Positions 1-9,422 of a stretch of 64,000 bases of DNA are shown piece by piece. The notes beneath the pieces were generated by a model. That model saw nothing but the letters and a program-made list of their open reading frames with translations, was not told the origin of the DNA and ran no database searches. The DNA is from Coriobacteriaceae bacterium. Its GTDB lineage: Bacteria; Actinomycetota; Coriobacteriia; Coriobacteriales; Coriobacteriaceae. The stretch spans positions 1,608,668-1,672,667 of the forward strand of contig DAJPFV010000001.1 in the NCBI GenBank assembly GCA_025993015.1, given 5' to 3'. The position numbers and the translations under genes are program-made. Numbering within the stretch: position 1 is the stretch's first letter; each line of letters begins with the position of its first letter.

Positions 1-332
1 TCGACTTTGATACCTTCTCCAAGAGCGACTTCCGCGCTGTGAAGGTCAAGGCATGCGAGGCCGTCAAGAAGTCCAAGAAGCTGCTGAACTTTACGCTCGA
101 CGACGGCACCGGCACCGACCGCACCATCCTCTCCGGTATTCACGAGTACTACGAGCCCGAGGACCTGGTCGGTAAGACCCTGCTCGCCATCACCAATCTG
201 CCTCCGCGCAAGATGATGGGCATCCCCAGCTGCGGCATGCTGATCAGCGCTGTCCACGAGGAGGAGGGCGAGGAGCGCCTCAACCTGATCCAGCTCGATG
301 CTTCCATCCCCGCCGGCGCAAAGATGTACTAA
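1..332 (+). CDS. metG: C-terminal tRNA-binding (EMAP/Trbp111-like) domain, most likely the 3' end of methionine--tRNA ligase; 5' end cut by the window
   Basis: The frame is open from the window edge to the TAA at 330-332. The peptide KLLNFTLDDGTG..RTILSGI..YYEPEDLVGKTLLAITNLPPRKMMGIPSCGMLISA matches the conserved MetRS C-terminal / CsaA-type tRNA-binding fold. Confidence 0.7.
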   Translation, partial: DFDTFSKSDFRAVKVKACEAVKKSKKLLNFTLDDGTGTDRTILSGIHEYYEPEDLVGKTLLAITNLPPRKMMGIPSCGMLISAVHEEEGEERLNLIQLDASIPAGAKMY

Positions 333-404
333 CTAGTTACGCGGTTCTACGAACCGCGTAACGGCTCGACGCTGCGCGACGTCCAGGGCGACAATTTGTC
401 ATTC

Positions 405-446
405 AAAAGGCAAGGCATGACCAGAAGGTCTATGCCTTGCCTTTTT
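405..446 (+). terminator. Rho-independent terminator downstream of metG
   Basis: Perfect stem aaaaggcaaggcat / atgccttgcctttt followed by a T-run. Confidence 0.55.
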
Positions 447-512
447 CATGCCAACTTGTTCGCCCTGGACGTCGCTCGCTGTCCGTCCTCTACCTGCGGC
501 GTTGCTCTGGCT

Positions 513-558
513 GGCACTTAGGGACGTTCCTCTTGTGCCGGCACTTAGGGACGTTCCT
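513..558. repeat. Two tandem copies (27-bp period) of ggcacttagggacgttcct; a third diverged copy lies at 2126-2144 on the far side of the IS
   Basis: Identical 19-mers at 513-531 and 540-558. gtgccggcacttggggacagtcct at 2121-2144 differs at 3 positions from 535-558. Confidence 0.85.
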
Positions 559-2120
559 TTTAATATGAGCAGGACATTGTCAAGAGGCAAAATCGGGCCT
601 GGCCCCAACGATATGGGGTCAGGCCCTCTCCCTATATCAACCCGTCCGCGGCGACCTCGGCGTGTCTTCCCGACGCTCGTCTTTGCAGTTTAATATCCGC
701 CCGTGGCGATCTCTCGCTGGGCAATCCGTTGCTACGGCTGAGGCTTCTTCGTCGAACCGACAGTCTGTGCACGCGTGTGGCGCCCTGGGCGCTCGCAGAA
801 AAGGGACCTGAGGTTCGCCTCAACGGCTTCGGATCCAACCGCTTCCGGGGTGATCGGCTTATGTGCGGGGGAGCCTCCCCCTACGCCTCCTCGGCCATGA
901 GACCGACCGCCCACACCCAGCAGGCGAGCTCGCGCGCCGTGGCGACGTTCGCCTTGTTGTTGTGGACCCCGCGCGCGAGCAGGGCCCCGCGCCTCTCGAC
1001 CAGCCTCCGCACGCCCTTGGCGGCATGCCTGCGGGCGCCCGGGTCCGGGGCCTGGCCCCTGGCGGGCTCCTTCGGCCGCGCGGAGCACGTCAGGTAGTGC
1101 CACGCGGCCTCGACCAGCGCCTTCCTCAGGTGCTTGTTGCCCGCCTTGGTGATCGCGCCCCTGCGGTCGCTCTCCCCGCTGGAGTGCTCGGAGGGCGTCA
1201 AGCCGACCCATGCGGCGAACGACCGGGCATTCCTGAACCTCGAGAACTCGCCGGCCTCGAACACGAGGTCGGCGGCCGTCGCGGTGTCGACGCCCTTGAG
1301 GCAGCGCAGGGAGTCGACCCTCTTCCTCCACCTGGGCTTGCGGGTCTCGGCCTCGACGAGCCCCTCGAGCCGCGCCTTGTCCTCCGCCGCCCGCCTGACC
1401 GCGTCGACGTAGTAGGCGAGCGCCTCGTTGTCGGCCCCCTCCGCGAACCTTATCGACTCGATCCAGGACCAGTGCGCCCGGGTCCAGTTGCCCTTCCTGC
1501 GGCCGGTGGGCGTCCTCTCGTCGAAGACGAGCCCGTGCCTGAGCAGGAACTTGGAGAGCCGCTGCTTCGAGCGCGAGAGGTCGTCCCTCGCGTCCTCGAG
1601 CGCCCTAGTCAGGTCGCGGGCGGCCTCGCACTCGTCGTCGGGGACCCACACCTCGACCACGTTGCCGACCGACAGCATGCGGGCGAGGAACTCGGCGTCG
1701 TTGCGGTCGTTCTTCCTGCGCCTGTCCGCGCTGGGCTTGATCATCTTCGAGACGGCGCCGACCACGCAGTCGACCCCAAGGCCGGAGAGCCTCTTCTGCA
1801 GGTCGAATCCCGTGACCCCGGACTCGTACACGCACCTGGCCTTAGGGTCCACGGAGCGGACCCACCCCGCGACGGCGCCGGCGTCGTAGCCGAAGGTCGC
1901 GCAGCGCACCTCCCCGGTCATGACGTCGAGGGAGACGGCCTTTATCGAACGGGCGTGGACGTCGAGGCCGACGAAGGTGGTAGTATCGAGCATGGGAGCC
2001 CCTTCCATGAATGCGGCGTGGCCGCCGCGGCTGAATTAGACACTCACCATTGTCGGCCTAATCCGCGGTCTTTCATGCAGCAGGGGCTCTCAATGTTTTT
2101 ATGTCCTGCTCATATCGTCT
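559..2120 (-). mobile_element. IS110-family insertion sequence (IS1111-like organisation), boundaries approximate
   Basis: Perfect 15-bp subterminal inverted repeat atatgagcaggacat (563-577) / atgtcctgctcatat (2101-2115) brackets a DEDD-type transposase gene. The element interrupts the 27-bp tandem repeat array. Confidence 0.8.
881..2008 (-). CDS. IS110-family transposase (DEDD recombinase)
   Basis: 375 aa. N-terminal FVGLDVH, ESGVTGF and RRKNDRNDAEFLA motifs. C-terminal GLTPSEHSSGES.RRGAITKAGNKHLR motif typical of IS110/IS1111 transposases. Confidence 0.92.
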   Translation of the reverse strand: MEGAPMLDTTTFVGLDVHARSIKAVSLDVMTGEVRCATFGYDAGAVAGWVRSVDPKARCVYESGVTGFDLQKRLSGLGVDCVVGAVSKMIKPSADRRRKNDRNDAEFLARMLSVGNVVEVWVPDDECEAARDLTRALEDARDDLSRSKQRLSKFLLRHGLVFDERTPTGRRKGNWTRAHWSWIESIRFAEGADNEALAYYVDAVRRAAEDKARLEGLVEAETRKPRWRKRVDSLRCLKGVDTATAADLVFEAGEFSRFRNARSFAAWVGLTPSEHSSGESDRRGAITKAGNKHLRKALVEAAWHYLTCSARPKEPARGQAPDPGARRHAAKGVRRLVERRGALLARGVHNNKANVATARELACWVWAVGLMAEEA

Positions 2121-2125
2121 GTGCC

Positions 2126-2144
2126 GGCACTTGGGGACAGTCCT
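2126..2144. repeat. Third, diverged unit of the 27-bp repeat array split by the IS
   Basis: ggcacttggggacagtcct compared with ggcacttagggacgttcct at 513 and 540. Confidence 0.7.
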
Positions 2145-2270
2145 AGTCGTTGGGGATCTACCGACGCATTGGGGGTTTGCGCCTTCCATGCATGACAGCC
2201 GTCTCTTTTATGTTTCCTTTAGCCGTCGCTGTCTAGGATGGGGGTTAGTCGATAGGAAGGGAGCACCGGG

Positions 2271-3839
2271 ATGGACGACGCGAGCGAGTGCGCAATCGAA
2301 GAGGACATGCTCGATCAGTTCAACTACTTTGATGATGAGGACGAGGAGCTGATCGACCGTCGCGAGCCAGCGCCGCTTGATTCCTTTGATCTGGTCGATG
2401 AAGAGCCCGACGAGGACGAGGGCGAATCGGCGGAGCCCTCACAGCCTTCGCGCCTTAACTCGCTGCTTTCGAGAGCCCCCATGCACCACGGCGTTCGTGC
2501 CGGCGCGCTCCATATGAAAACTGACTGGCACCAGATCGTGACGGCAGGCGATGAGCTTGCCGTCGATGCGCCGCTCACCGATAAATCATCCATCATCTGC
2601 CGCACCGGCATGCTTATGCTGGCAAGCGGAACGGGTGCCTGGCGCGTGCGCGATACCATGAATCGTGTTGCCGCCGTACTCGGTGTCACCATCCACGTTG
2701 ACTTAAGTCTTCTGTCGTTTGAGTGCACCTGCATCGAAGATGGTCACTGCTTTAATGAGGTCGTCAGCTTGCCCACAACGGGCGTCAATACCCATCGCAT
2801 TTGGATGATGGAGAGTTTCCTCAAGGAAATCGAGACCTATGGTCGTCGCTTCACGGTGCACGAGTATCACGAGATGCTCAAGACCGTTGAGAGTTCAAAA
2901 CCTGATTACGCGCCTTGGCAACAGGGCCTTGCGGCGGCCTGCGCCTGTGGCGCCTTCGTTTTTTTGCTCGGCGGCGGCCCTATCGAGATGGCCTGCGCGT
3001 TCGTGGGCGCGGGTGTCGGCAACTTTGCCCGCTCCCATATTCTCAAGCAAGGCCTTGGTCAGTTCAGCGCGCTGACGACCGGCGTTGCGCTCGCTTGCGT
3101 TTCGTATCTGCTGGCATTGCTCGGCCTTGGCCAGGTCATACCGGGGGCAATGTCGCACCAAGAAGGCTATATCGGCGCCATGCTCTTTGTGATTCCCGGC
3201 TTTCCGCTCATTACGGCGGGCCTCGACATCGCCAAGCTCGACATGCGAAGCGGTATCGAGCGCCTTTCATATGCCGTATCGATTATTGTGATGGCGACGC
3301 TCGTAGGTTGGATGGTTGCCGAGTGTGTTGGCCTGGCGCCGGACGACTTTGCCCCACTGGGCCTTTCGCCGCTTGCCCTTACGCTCCTGCGCGTGGTGAT
3401 GAGCTTCGTTGGCGTATTCGGCTTCTCGGTGATGTTCAACAGCCCGGTAAAGATGGCCGCGGCAGCTGGGTTGATCGGCGCCGTGTCCAATACCCTGCGT
3501 CTGACCCTTGTCGATGCGCCGACGATGATTCCCTTCCTGGGCCTCAGCACGGGAATGCCTCCCGAGGCAGCAGCGTTTATCGGCGCGCTGGTATCGGGTC
3601 TGCTGGCAAGCTTGGCCGAAGTCAAGCTCACCTACCCGCGCATCGCCCTCACGGTGCCTTCGATTGTCATTATGGTGCCGGGCTTGTATCTGTATCGCTC
3701 GATGTATTACATGTGCACCTTCGACACGGTCAATATGCTCGGCTGGTTTGTGCGCGCAGTGCTCATCGTAGCGTTTCTGCCCGTTGGACTGGGTGTGGCG
3801 CGTACGCTCACCGACCCTCGCTGGCGCCACACCAGCTAA
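2271..3839 (+). CDS. Threonine/serine exporter family protein (fused ThrE / YjjP+YjjB-like domains) with an acidic N-terminal tail
   Basis: 522 aa. A GTGAWRVRDTMNRVAAVLGV-type soluble region is followed by about 10 hydrophobic helices, the architecture of ThrE-family exporters. Confidence 0.75.
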   Translation: MDDASECAIEEDMLDQFNYFDDEDEELIDRREPAPLDSFDLVDEEPDEDEGESAEPSQPSRLNSLLSRAPMHHGVRAGALHMKTDWHQIVTAGDELAVDAPLTDKSSIICRTGMLMLASGTGAWRVRDTMNRVAAVLGVTIHVDLSLLSFECTCIEDGHCFNEVVSLPTTGVNTHRIWMMESFLKEIETYGRRFTVHEYHEMLKTVESSKPDYAPWQQGLAAACACGAFVFLLGGGPIEMACAFVGAGVGNFARSHILKQGLGQFSALTTGVALACVSYLLALLGLGQVIPGAMSHQEGYIGAMLFVIPGFPLITAGLDIAKLDMRSGIERLSYAVSIIVMATLVGWMVAECVGLAPDDFAPLGLSPLALTLLRVVMSFVGVFGFSVMFNSPVKMAAAAGLIGAVSNTLRLTLVDAPTMIPFLGLSTGMPPEAAAFIGALVSGLLASLAEVKLTYPRIALTVPSIVIMVPGLYLYRSMYYMCTFDTVNMLGWFVRAVLIVAFLPVGLGVARTLTDPRWRHTS

Positions 3840-3875
3840 TTGGTACAAGGGGGACAGGTTACTTTGCACCAAATG

Positions 3876-3942
3876 AGTTGCGGTGAAATAGGGACTGAAT
3901 TGCTGCTTAAAGGGTCAAAACAGTCCGTATTCCACCGCAACT
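3876..3942. repeat. 67-nt palindromic element, copy A (family AGTTGCGGTGRAATA...TATTYCACCGCAACT)
   Basis: agttgcggtgaaatagggactg ... cagtccgtattccaccgcaact. Same termini and same length as the copies at 41171, 45310 and 52776. Confidence 0.85.
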
Positions 3943-4152
3943 TATGGGGTCGGGGGATTATCGGTGCCCTGCATCTTCATAAACTCAACGCTTACGAAGC
4001 GCATGCGTTTCGTGCTAGGCTGGTTCCACCACATAAGTAGTCGCAGACGCGCGTACCACGGGCGGGCGAGATGAAGTTCCAACAGCTCCATCTTGCCCGC
4101 CCGTTTTTGTTGCGTGGCGCCGCGGTACAACACAGAGAGGAATCTGCCCTTT

Positions 4153-4701
4153 ATGCCTATCAACAAACGAGAGAGCCTGCTGTTCACCTTTATCATGTGC
4201 TTTTGCATGGTGCTCTGGATGAGCATCTACAACGTTGCCCTGCAGCACGGGGCCATCAACGGCGAGGTCGTTGCCACTGCGTGGCTCGGCTTCCCCGTTG
4301 CCTACATTTTTGCCATGTGCTGCGACTGGTTCGTCGCCAGCCCGCTCGCCAAGGGTTTCGCCTTTAAGTACTTGGTCACGCCGGGCAAGAGCTCGCCACT
4401 TGCCATGACGCTCGCCGTCAGCTCCTGCATGGTCGTTCCCATGGTCATCATCATGTCGCTGTACGGTGCCTGTGAGGGTCTGACGCACATGCCCGGCGGC
4501 ATCCTTGCGAACCTGTATTCCGTGCCCGCGATCTGGATGATCAACATCCCGCATAATTTTGTGATGGCGCTGCCGTGGAACCTTTTGGTAGCCGGTCCGA
4601 TTTCCCGCTTCGTCTTCCGTCGCGCCTTCCCTGTGGGGACGGTTTTCGAGGAGGAGCATGCCGAGCTCTTGGAGCAGGCTATGGCTCCTGAGTGCGAGTA
4701 G
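4153..4701 (+). CDS. DUF2798-like small integral membrane protein
   Basis: ORF 4093-4701; I prefer the internal ATG at 4153 (MPINKRESLLFTFIMCF...). It is a duplicated two-helix membrane module. The family assignment is from memory. Confidence 0.5.
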   Translation: MPINKRESLLFTFIMCFCMVLWMSIYNVALQHGAINGEVVATAWLGFPVAYIFAMCCDWFVASPLAKGFAFKYLVTPGKSSPLAMTLAVSSCMVVPMVIIMSLYGACEGLTHMPGGILANLYSVPAIWMINIPHNFVMALPWNLLVAGPISRFVFRRAFPVGTVFEEEHAELLEQAMAPECE

Positions 4702-4866
4702 CTCGCTTAGGGATCTGCTGAGCGCGGGCGACTTGCTTGGTTGGAGCCCAAAGCGTGGATAGCTCTCTCGGCGACATCGCGGGCGTGAGCGGTGCGCATG
4801 ACCGGAGGGCCCGTGCTGCTCCGTTGCCCGACGTGCTAGCGCGCAGAACAATCTGTTGGTGCATTC

Positions 4867-4901
4867 GGCGGCTGCTGAAGCGTTTCGGCAGCCGCTTTTT
4901 A
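4867..4901 (+). terminator. Rho-independent terminator
   Basis: ggcggctgc ... gcagccgc followed by ttttta. Confidence 0.5.
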
Positions 4902-4912
4902 TACGGAGTTTA

Positions 4913-4933
4913 AATACAACAGTCTGTTGTATT
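4913..4933. promoter_or_regulatory. Perfect 10-1-10 palindrome aatacaacag-t-ctgttgtatt, candidate operator for the downstream TetR
   Basis: Located 50 bp upstream of the 4983 start. The operon ends with a TetR-family gene. Confidence 0.3.
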
Positions 4934-4982
4934 ACGTAGAGTGGTATATCTCTAGCGGGAAAAATGCGAGAGATGGAGCATT

Positions 4983-7900
4983 ATGGCGTTGCTAGTAGGA
5001 CTGGACGTAGGGTCGACGACGACCAAAGTTTACGCGATGCACGAGGATATGACCGAGGCGTGGTGGGGATATCGCCGCCACGGGGCGTGTCAGACAGCGA
5101 GCGTGCGCGCCATGCTCGGCGAGCTCGCCGAGCGCTTTCCCCATGAGTCGCTGCGCGTTGCGGTGACCGGCTCGGGTGCGCGCGATATCGCGACCGCGCT
5201 GGGCGCCTCGTACGTTCAGGAGGTGGTCGCCAACGCGCTCGCGATCAGCAGGTTCTATCCGCAGACGCGCTGCGCCATCGAGCTGGGCGGCCAAGACGCC
5301 AAGATGATCTTCTTCCGCACCAACGATAAGGGAGACATCGAGGTTGCCGACATGCGCATGAACGGCTCGTGCGCAGGCGGTACCGGTGCATTTATCGACG
5401 AGATGGCAAAGCTCATGGGGGTCGGCACCGAATCGGGCGAGTTCGAGCAGCTCGCAAGCCGGGGAACGACCGTCCACGAGGTCTCGGGCCGCTGCGGCGT
5501 GTACGCAAAGACCGATATCCAGCCGCTGCTCAACGAGGGCATTCCTGCCACCGACCTGGCGCTTTCGGCGCTTCACGCGGTCGCCCGCCAAACGATCGGC
5601 GGTCTGGCCCAGGGTATCGACATCGAGCCGCCGGTAATCTTCGAGGGCGGTACGCTCGCCTACAACCCCACACTGGTCCGCGTGTTCCGGGAGCAACTGA
5701 ATCTATCGGACGATCAGGTTATCGTCCCGCGCGATCCGCAGATCATGGTCGCGCGCGGTGCCGCCCTGTCGCTGACCGACATGTTCGCATCGTCCCAACC
5801 GATCGACCTTCCCGACGCTTTTGTCCGGCTGGATAAGCTCGAGACGGTCGCGCCCGCAAGCGGGGAGGGACGTCTTGCCCAGCCCTTTTTTGCCACACCT
5901 GCCGAGCAGGCGGATTTTACGGCACGCCATGGCAAAGAGACGCCGGCAAAGGGTCCGGATGCGTATGCGCCCGGAGAGACGGTGCGTGTGGCGCTCGGTA
6001 TCGATTCGGGGAGCACGACGACCAAGTTCGCCCTGGTCGATGAGGCGGGTGAGCTTGTCGATTCGTTCTACGCGTCTAATAACGGCAGACCGCTCGACGT
6101 CGCCCAACAGGGTCTTGTCAGCTTGAAGAACCGCTGGGAGACAGCGGGAGTCACGCTTGCGATCGATGCCGTGGGCACCACGGGATACGGCGAGGAGCTT
6201 TTCGCGCGCGCGTTCCACGCCGACTACCATACGGTCGAGACGGTCGCGCACGCCCGCGCCGCGTGCGCATGCGTTCCCGATGCGACCTTCGTGCTCGACA
6301 TCGGCGGACAGGATATGAAGGCCATCTGGCTCAACCACGGCGTGCTGACCGATATCGTCGTCAACGAGGCGTGCTCTGCGGGCTGCGGCTCGTTCCTCGA
6401 GGGTTTTGCCAAAAACCTCGGAATAGCCGTTGAGGATATCGCGACCGAGGCATTTTCGTCCAAAGCCCCCGCCGTTCTCGGCAGCCGCTGCACGGTGTTC
6501 ATGAACAGCAGCGTCGTTTCCGAGCAGCGGCGCGGTAAGGGTCCGGGCGACATCATGGCCGGTCTCTGCCGTTCGATTATCGAGAACGTGTTCACCAAGG
6601 TCATTCGCGTTTCAAATCTCAACCGTCTGGGCGACAAAGTCGTCGTCCAGGGCGGCACGTTCCGAAACGACGCGGTGCTGCGCGCATTCGAGCAGTATCT
6701 GGGCAAACCCGTCACGCGTGCGCCCCACCCGGGGCTGATGGGCGCTATCGGTATCGCCCTGCTCGCGCGCGAGGAATGCCGCAAGGGCGACGCCGGCACG
6801 TCGTTTATCGGGCTCGATGCCGTGGAGCGCTTCGAGCATCGCGAGTTCGGCGGCGTTACCTGCCGTCGGTGCAACAACCGCTGCCAGCGCGCGGTCGTGG
6901 CATTTGGCGACGGCTCGCTTTACGTCACGGGCAATCGCTGCCCGCGCGGCGGCGCCATCTCATGGGATGAGCTCGTGCGCGAGGTTCCCGCGGCGGAGGA
7001 GCTGCGTCCGCAGGGTGCTTGCGAGGCACAGGCACCCGGCACGGGGCGCGACCGGACCGCGGCTGCCCCCAATCTCTTTGTCGACCGCGAGAAGCTGCTG
7101 TTCGAGTCGTACCCCACGGTTCCCGTCTGCGGGGGGCGCGATGTCACGATCGGCATTCCCCGTGTGCTCGAGTTCTGGGACACCATGCCGTTCTGGTCGA
7201 CGTTCTTCAGCACGCTCGGCTTTAAGGTGCGCGTCTCGGGACGCAGCACCAAGGCGATGTACGAGCGCGGTCTGGCGCACGTCACATCCGACACCGTGTG
7301 CTTCCCGGCCAAGCTCGTCCACGGGCACATCCGCAATCTCGTCGACGCCGGCGTCGACCGCATCTTCATGCCCATCATCACGACGGTGCCCACCGAAAAC
7401 ACCGCCTCTACCAGCGAGTGGATGTGCGCCGTCGTAAAGGGATACCCCTACGTGATGCGCAATTCCGATAACCCGGAGGAGCGTTTCGGCGTTCCGTTCG
7501 ATACGCCGCTGTTCCACTGGTACGACGAGGGCGACCGAAACCGCCAGCTCAAGGCGTGGTGCAAGGAGACCTTCGATATCGATGCCGACCTGGTTGCCAA
7601 GGCGACCGAGCAGGCGGACCGCGCGCAGGAGACGTTTGAGAACCAGCTGCAGCTGCGCGGCAGGCAGGTGCTCGAGAACGTGCACGAGGACGGCGGCTGC
7701 GCGGTGGTGATCGCTTCGCGCCCGTACCACAACGACCCGCTGGTCAACCACGGGCTGCCCAAGCTCTTCTCTGAGCGCGGCATCCCCGTGCTGACGCCCG
7801 ATGCGGTGCCGGGGGTCTGCAACGTCGATCTTTCCAACAGCCGCATCGACATCGTGAACAACTACCATGCGCGCATGCTGTCGTGCGCGGTCATCGTCGC

Positions 7901-9422
7901 ATCGACGCCCGAGCTCGAGCTCGTGCAGATGGGCAGCTTCGGCTGCGGCCACGATGCGTATCTCACCGACGAGATCGCGCGCATGATGGGCGAGATGGGC
8001 TCCAAGGTTCCGATGATGATCAAGCTCGATGAGAGCGACGTCGCCGGTCCCATGGGCATTCGCGTGCGTTCGTTTATCGAGTCGGTCAACCGTCGTCGCG
8101 CGGAGGAGCGTGCCGAGGGCGCCCGGGTGCACGCGGTCCATCCGCTCGACGACCCGTATAAGGTCAAGTACACCAAGCGCGACCGGCACGACAAGATCGC
8201 GCTGGTCCCCAACACCTCCCATGCGTTCTGCAGGCTCATGACCGCGGCGATGCGCAATCAGGGCGTGCGCGCCGAGGCCCTTGATATCGGGCGCGAGGAT
8301 GCCATCCGCCTGGGCAAACGCTATGTGCACAACGACATCTGCTTCCCCGCGCAAATCGTGATCGGCGAGGCGCTCGCGGCACTCGAGAGCGGTAAGTACG
8401 ACCCGCACGACGTCGCCGTGGTGACTGGCAAGTATATCGGCGACTGCCGCCTGACGCACTACATGCCCCTGCTGCGCCGCGCGCTCGACGACGCGGGATA
8501 CGACTATGTCCCGGTGCTCACCAACGACGACGTCGATGCCCACAATGCGCATCCGGGCTTCAAGCTCGGCCTTGGCCCGAGCATCCAGATCGCCTACGGT
8601 CTTCCCATGATCGATGCCCTCGAGGCCATGCTTAGGCGCATCCGTCCCTACGAGCTCGAGAAGGGCGCGGCGGACGCTGCGTTCGACCGCGCGCTCGATG
8701 AGGTTATCGAGGGCATGGAGCGCTCCGGGCTGAGAGGCCAGGCGACGGGCTTCAAACGCGCGCTTGCGATCATGGACGCCGTTCCGTACGACCGCTCGAA
8801 CCCGCATCCGACCGTTCTCATCGTGGGCGAGTACCTGCTCAATTTCCATCTCGGCGCCAACCACGAGATCGAGCGCTACCTCGAGGACAACGGGCTCGAG
8901 GTCATCGAGGCGCGCATGACCGACGTGATCCGCAAGACCTATTTCTACAAGCATGCGCAGTCGCGCGAGTTCCACGTCGACCTGTCGCTGCCCGAAAAGG
9001 CCTGGTACGCCACGGCGGACAACCTGTTCGAGCTCGCGCACGACCGTTGCGACCGCCTGGGCGCGGCGAGCCCGCTCTACGAGCCGCCGACGCGCATGCC
9101 CGAGCTCGTGCGCGCGAGCGATAAGATCCTGCACCATACGTTCGATGCGGGCGAGGGCGTGCTGATTCCGGCGGAGATTCTCGAGCACGCCAAGCGCGGC
9201 TGCCGCAACTTCGTGATCCTGCAGCCGTTCGGGTGTCTGCCCAACCATGTCGTGGGGCGCGGGCTCATCCATGCGCTCAAGGAGCAGTATCCCACGGCGC
9301 AGTTCCTGCCGCTCGACTACGATCCCGACGTGAGCTTCGCCAACGTGGAGAACCGTCTTCAGATGCTCATCATGAACGCCAAGGCGCAGGGGTGCGGTGA
9401 GGCGCATGGCGAGACCGCGTAA
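4983..9422 (+). CDS. Giant fused acyl-CoA dehydratase activase-related protein (two BcrAD/BadFG ATPase domains plus CoA-enzyme-activase DUF2229-type C-terminal region)
   Basis: 1479 aa. Two actin-fold ATPase repeats (LVGLDVGSTTTK... and ALGIDSGSTTTKFAL...), a Cys cluster CRRCNNRCQ...GNRCPRG, and a long dehydratase-component-like C-terminus. Confidence 0.85.
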   Translation: MALLVGLDVGSTTTKVYAMHEDMTEAWWGYRRHGACQTASVRAMLGELAERFPHESLRVAVTGSGARDIATALGASYVQEVVANALAISRFYPQTRCAIELGGQDAKMIFFRTNDKGDIEVADMRMNGSCAGGTGAFIDEMAKLMGVGTESGEFEQLASRGTTVHEVSGRCGVYAKTDIQPLLNEGIPATDLALSALHAVARQTIGGLAQGIDIEPPVIFEGGTLAYNPTLVRVFREQLNLSDDQVIVPRDPQIMVARGAALSLTDMFASSQPIDLPDAFVRLDKLETVAPASGEGRLAQPFFATPAEQADFTARHGKETPAKGPDAYAPGETVRVALGIDSGSTTTKFALVDEAGELVDSFYASNNGRPLDVAQQGLVSLKNRWETAGVTLAIDAVGTTGYGEELFARAFHADYHTVETVAHARAACACVPDATFVLDIGGQDMKAIWLNHGVLTDIVVNEACSAGCGSFLEGFAKNLGIAVEDIATEAFSSKAPAVLGSRCTVFMNSSVVSEQRRGKGPGDIMAGLCRSIIENVFTKVIRVSNLNRLGDKVVVQGGTFRNDAVLRAFEQYLGKPVTRAPHPGLMGAIGIALLAREECRKGDAGTSFIGLDAVERFEHREFGGVTCRRCNNRCQRAVVAFGDGSLYVTGNRCPRGGAISWDELVREVPAAEELRPQGACEAQAPGTGRDRTAAAPNLFVDREKLLFESYPTVPVCGGRDVTIGIPRVLEFWDTMPFWSTFFSTLGFKVRVSGRSTKAMYERGLAHVTSDTVCFPAKLVHGHIRNLVDAGVDRIFMPIITTVPTENTASTSEWMCAVVKGYPYVMRNSDNPEERFGVPFDTPLFHWYDEGDRNRQLKAWCKETFDIDADLVAKATEQADRAQETFENQLQLRGRQVLENVHEDGGCAVVIASRPYHNDPLVNHGLPKLFSERGIPVLTPDAVPGVCNVDLSNSRIDIVNNYHARMLSCAVIVASTPELELVQMGSFGCGHDAYLTDEIARMMGEMGSKVPMMIKLDESDVAGPMGIRVRSFIESVNRRRAEERAEGARVHAVHPLDDPYKVKYTKRDRHDKIALVPNTSHAFCRLMTAAMRNQGVRAEALDIGREDAIRLGKRYVHNDICFPAQIVIGEALAALESGKYDPHDVAVVTGKYIGDCRLTHYMPLLRRALDDAGYDYVPVLTNDDVDAHNAHPGFKLGLGPSIQIAYGLPMIDALEAMLRRIRPYELEKGAADAAFDRALDEVIEGMERSGLRGQATGFKRALAIMDAVPYDRSNPHPTVLIVGEYLLNFHLGANHEIERYLEDNGLEVIEARMTDVIRKTYFYKHAQSREFHVDLSLPEKAWYATADNLFELAHDRCDRLGAASPLYEPPTRMPELVRASDKILHHTFDAGEGVLIPAEILEHAKRGCRNFVILQPFGCLPNHVVGRGLIHALKEQYPTAQFLPLDYDPDVSFANVENRLQMLIMNAKAQGCGEAHGETA

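Noticed and set aside
513-558. Possible mini-CRISPR or repeat-spacer structure next to the IS.
   Set aside because: There are only two 19-bp repeats with an 8-bp linker. The period is 27 bp, which is a simple tandem repeat that serves as the IS insertion site.
863-2146. 427-aa plus-strand ORF and several 100-200-aa ORFs between 399 and 2146.
   Set aside because: They overlap the IS110 transposase gene on the opposite strand or cross the IS ends and repeat units. Their translations are Pro/Arg/Gly-rich with no motifs.
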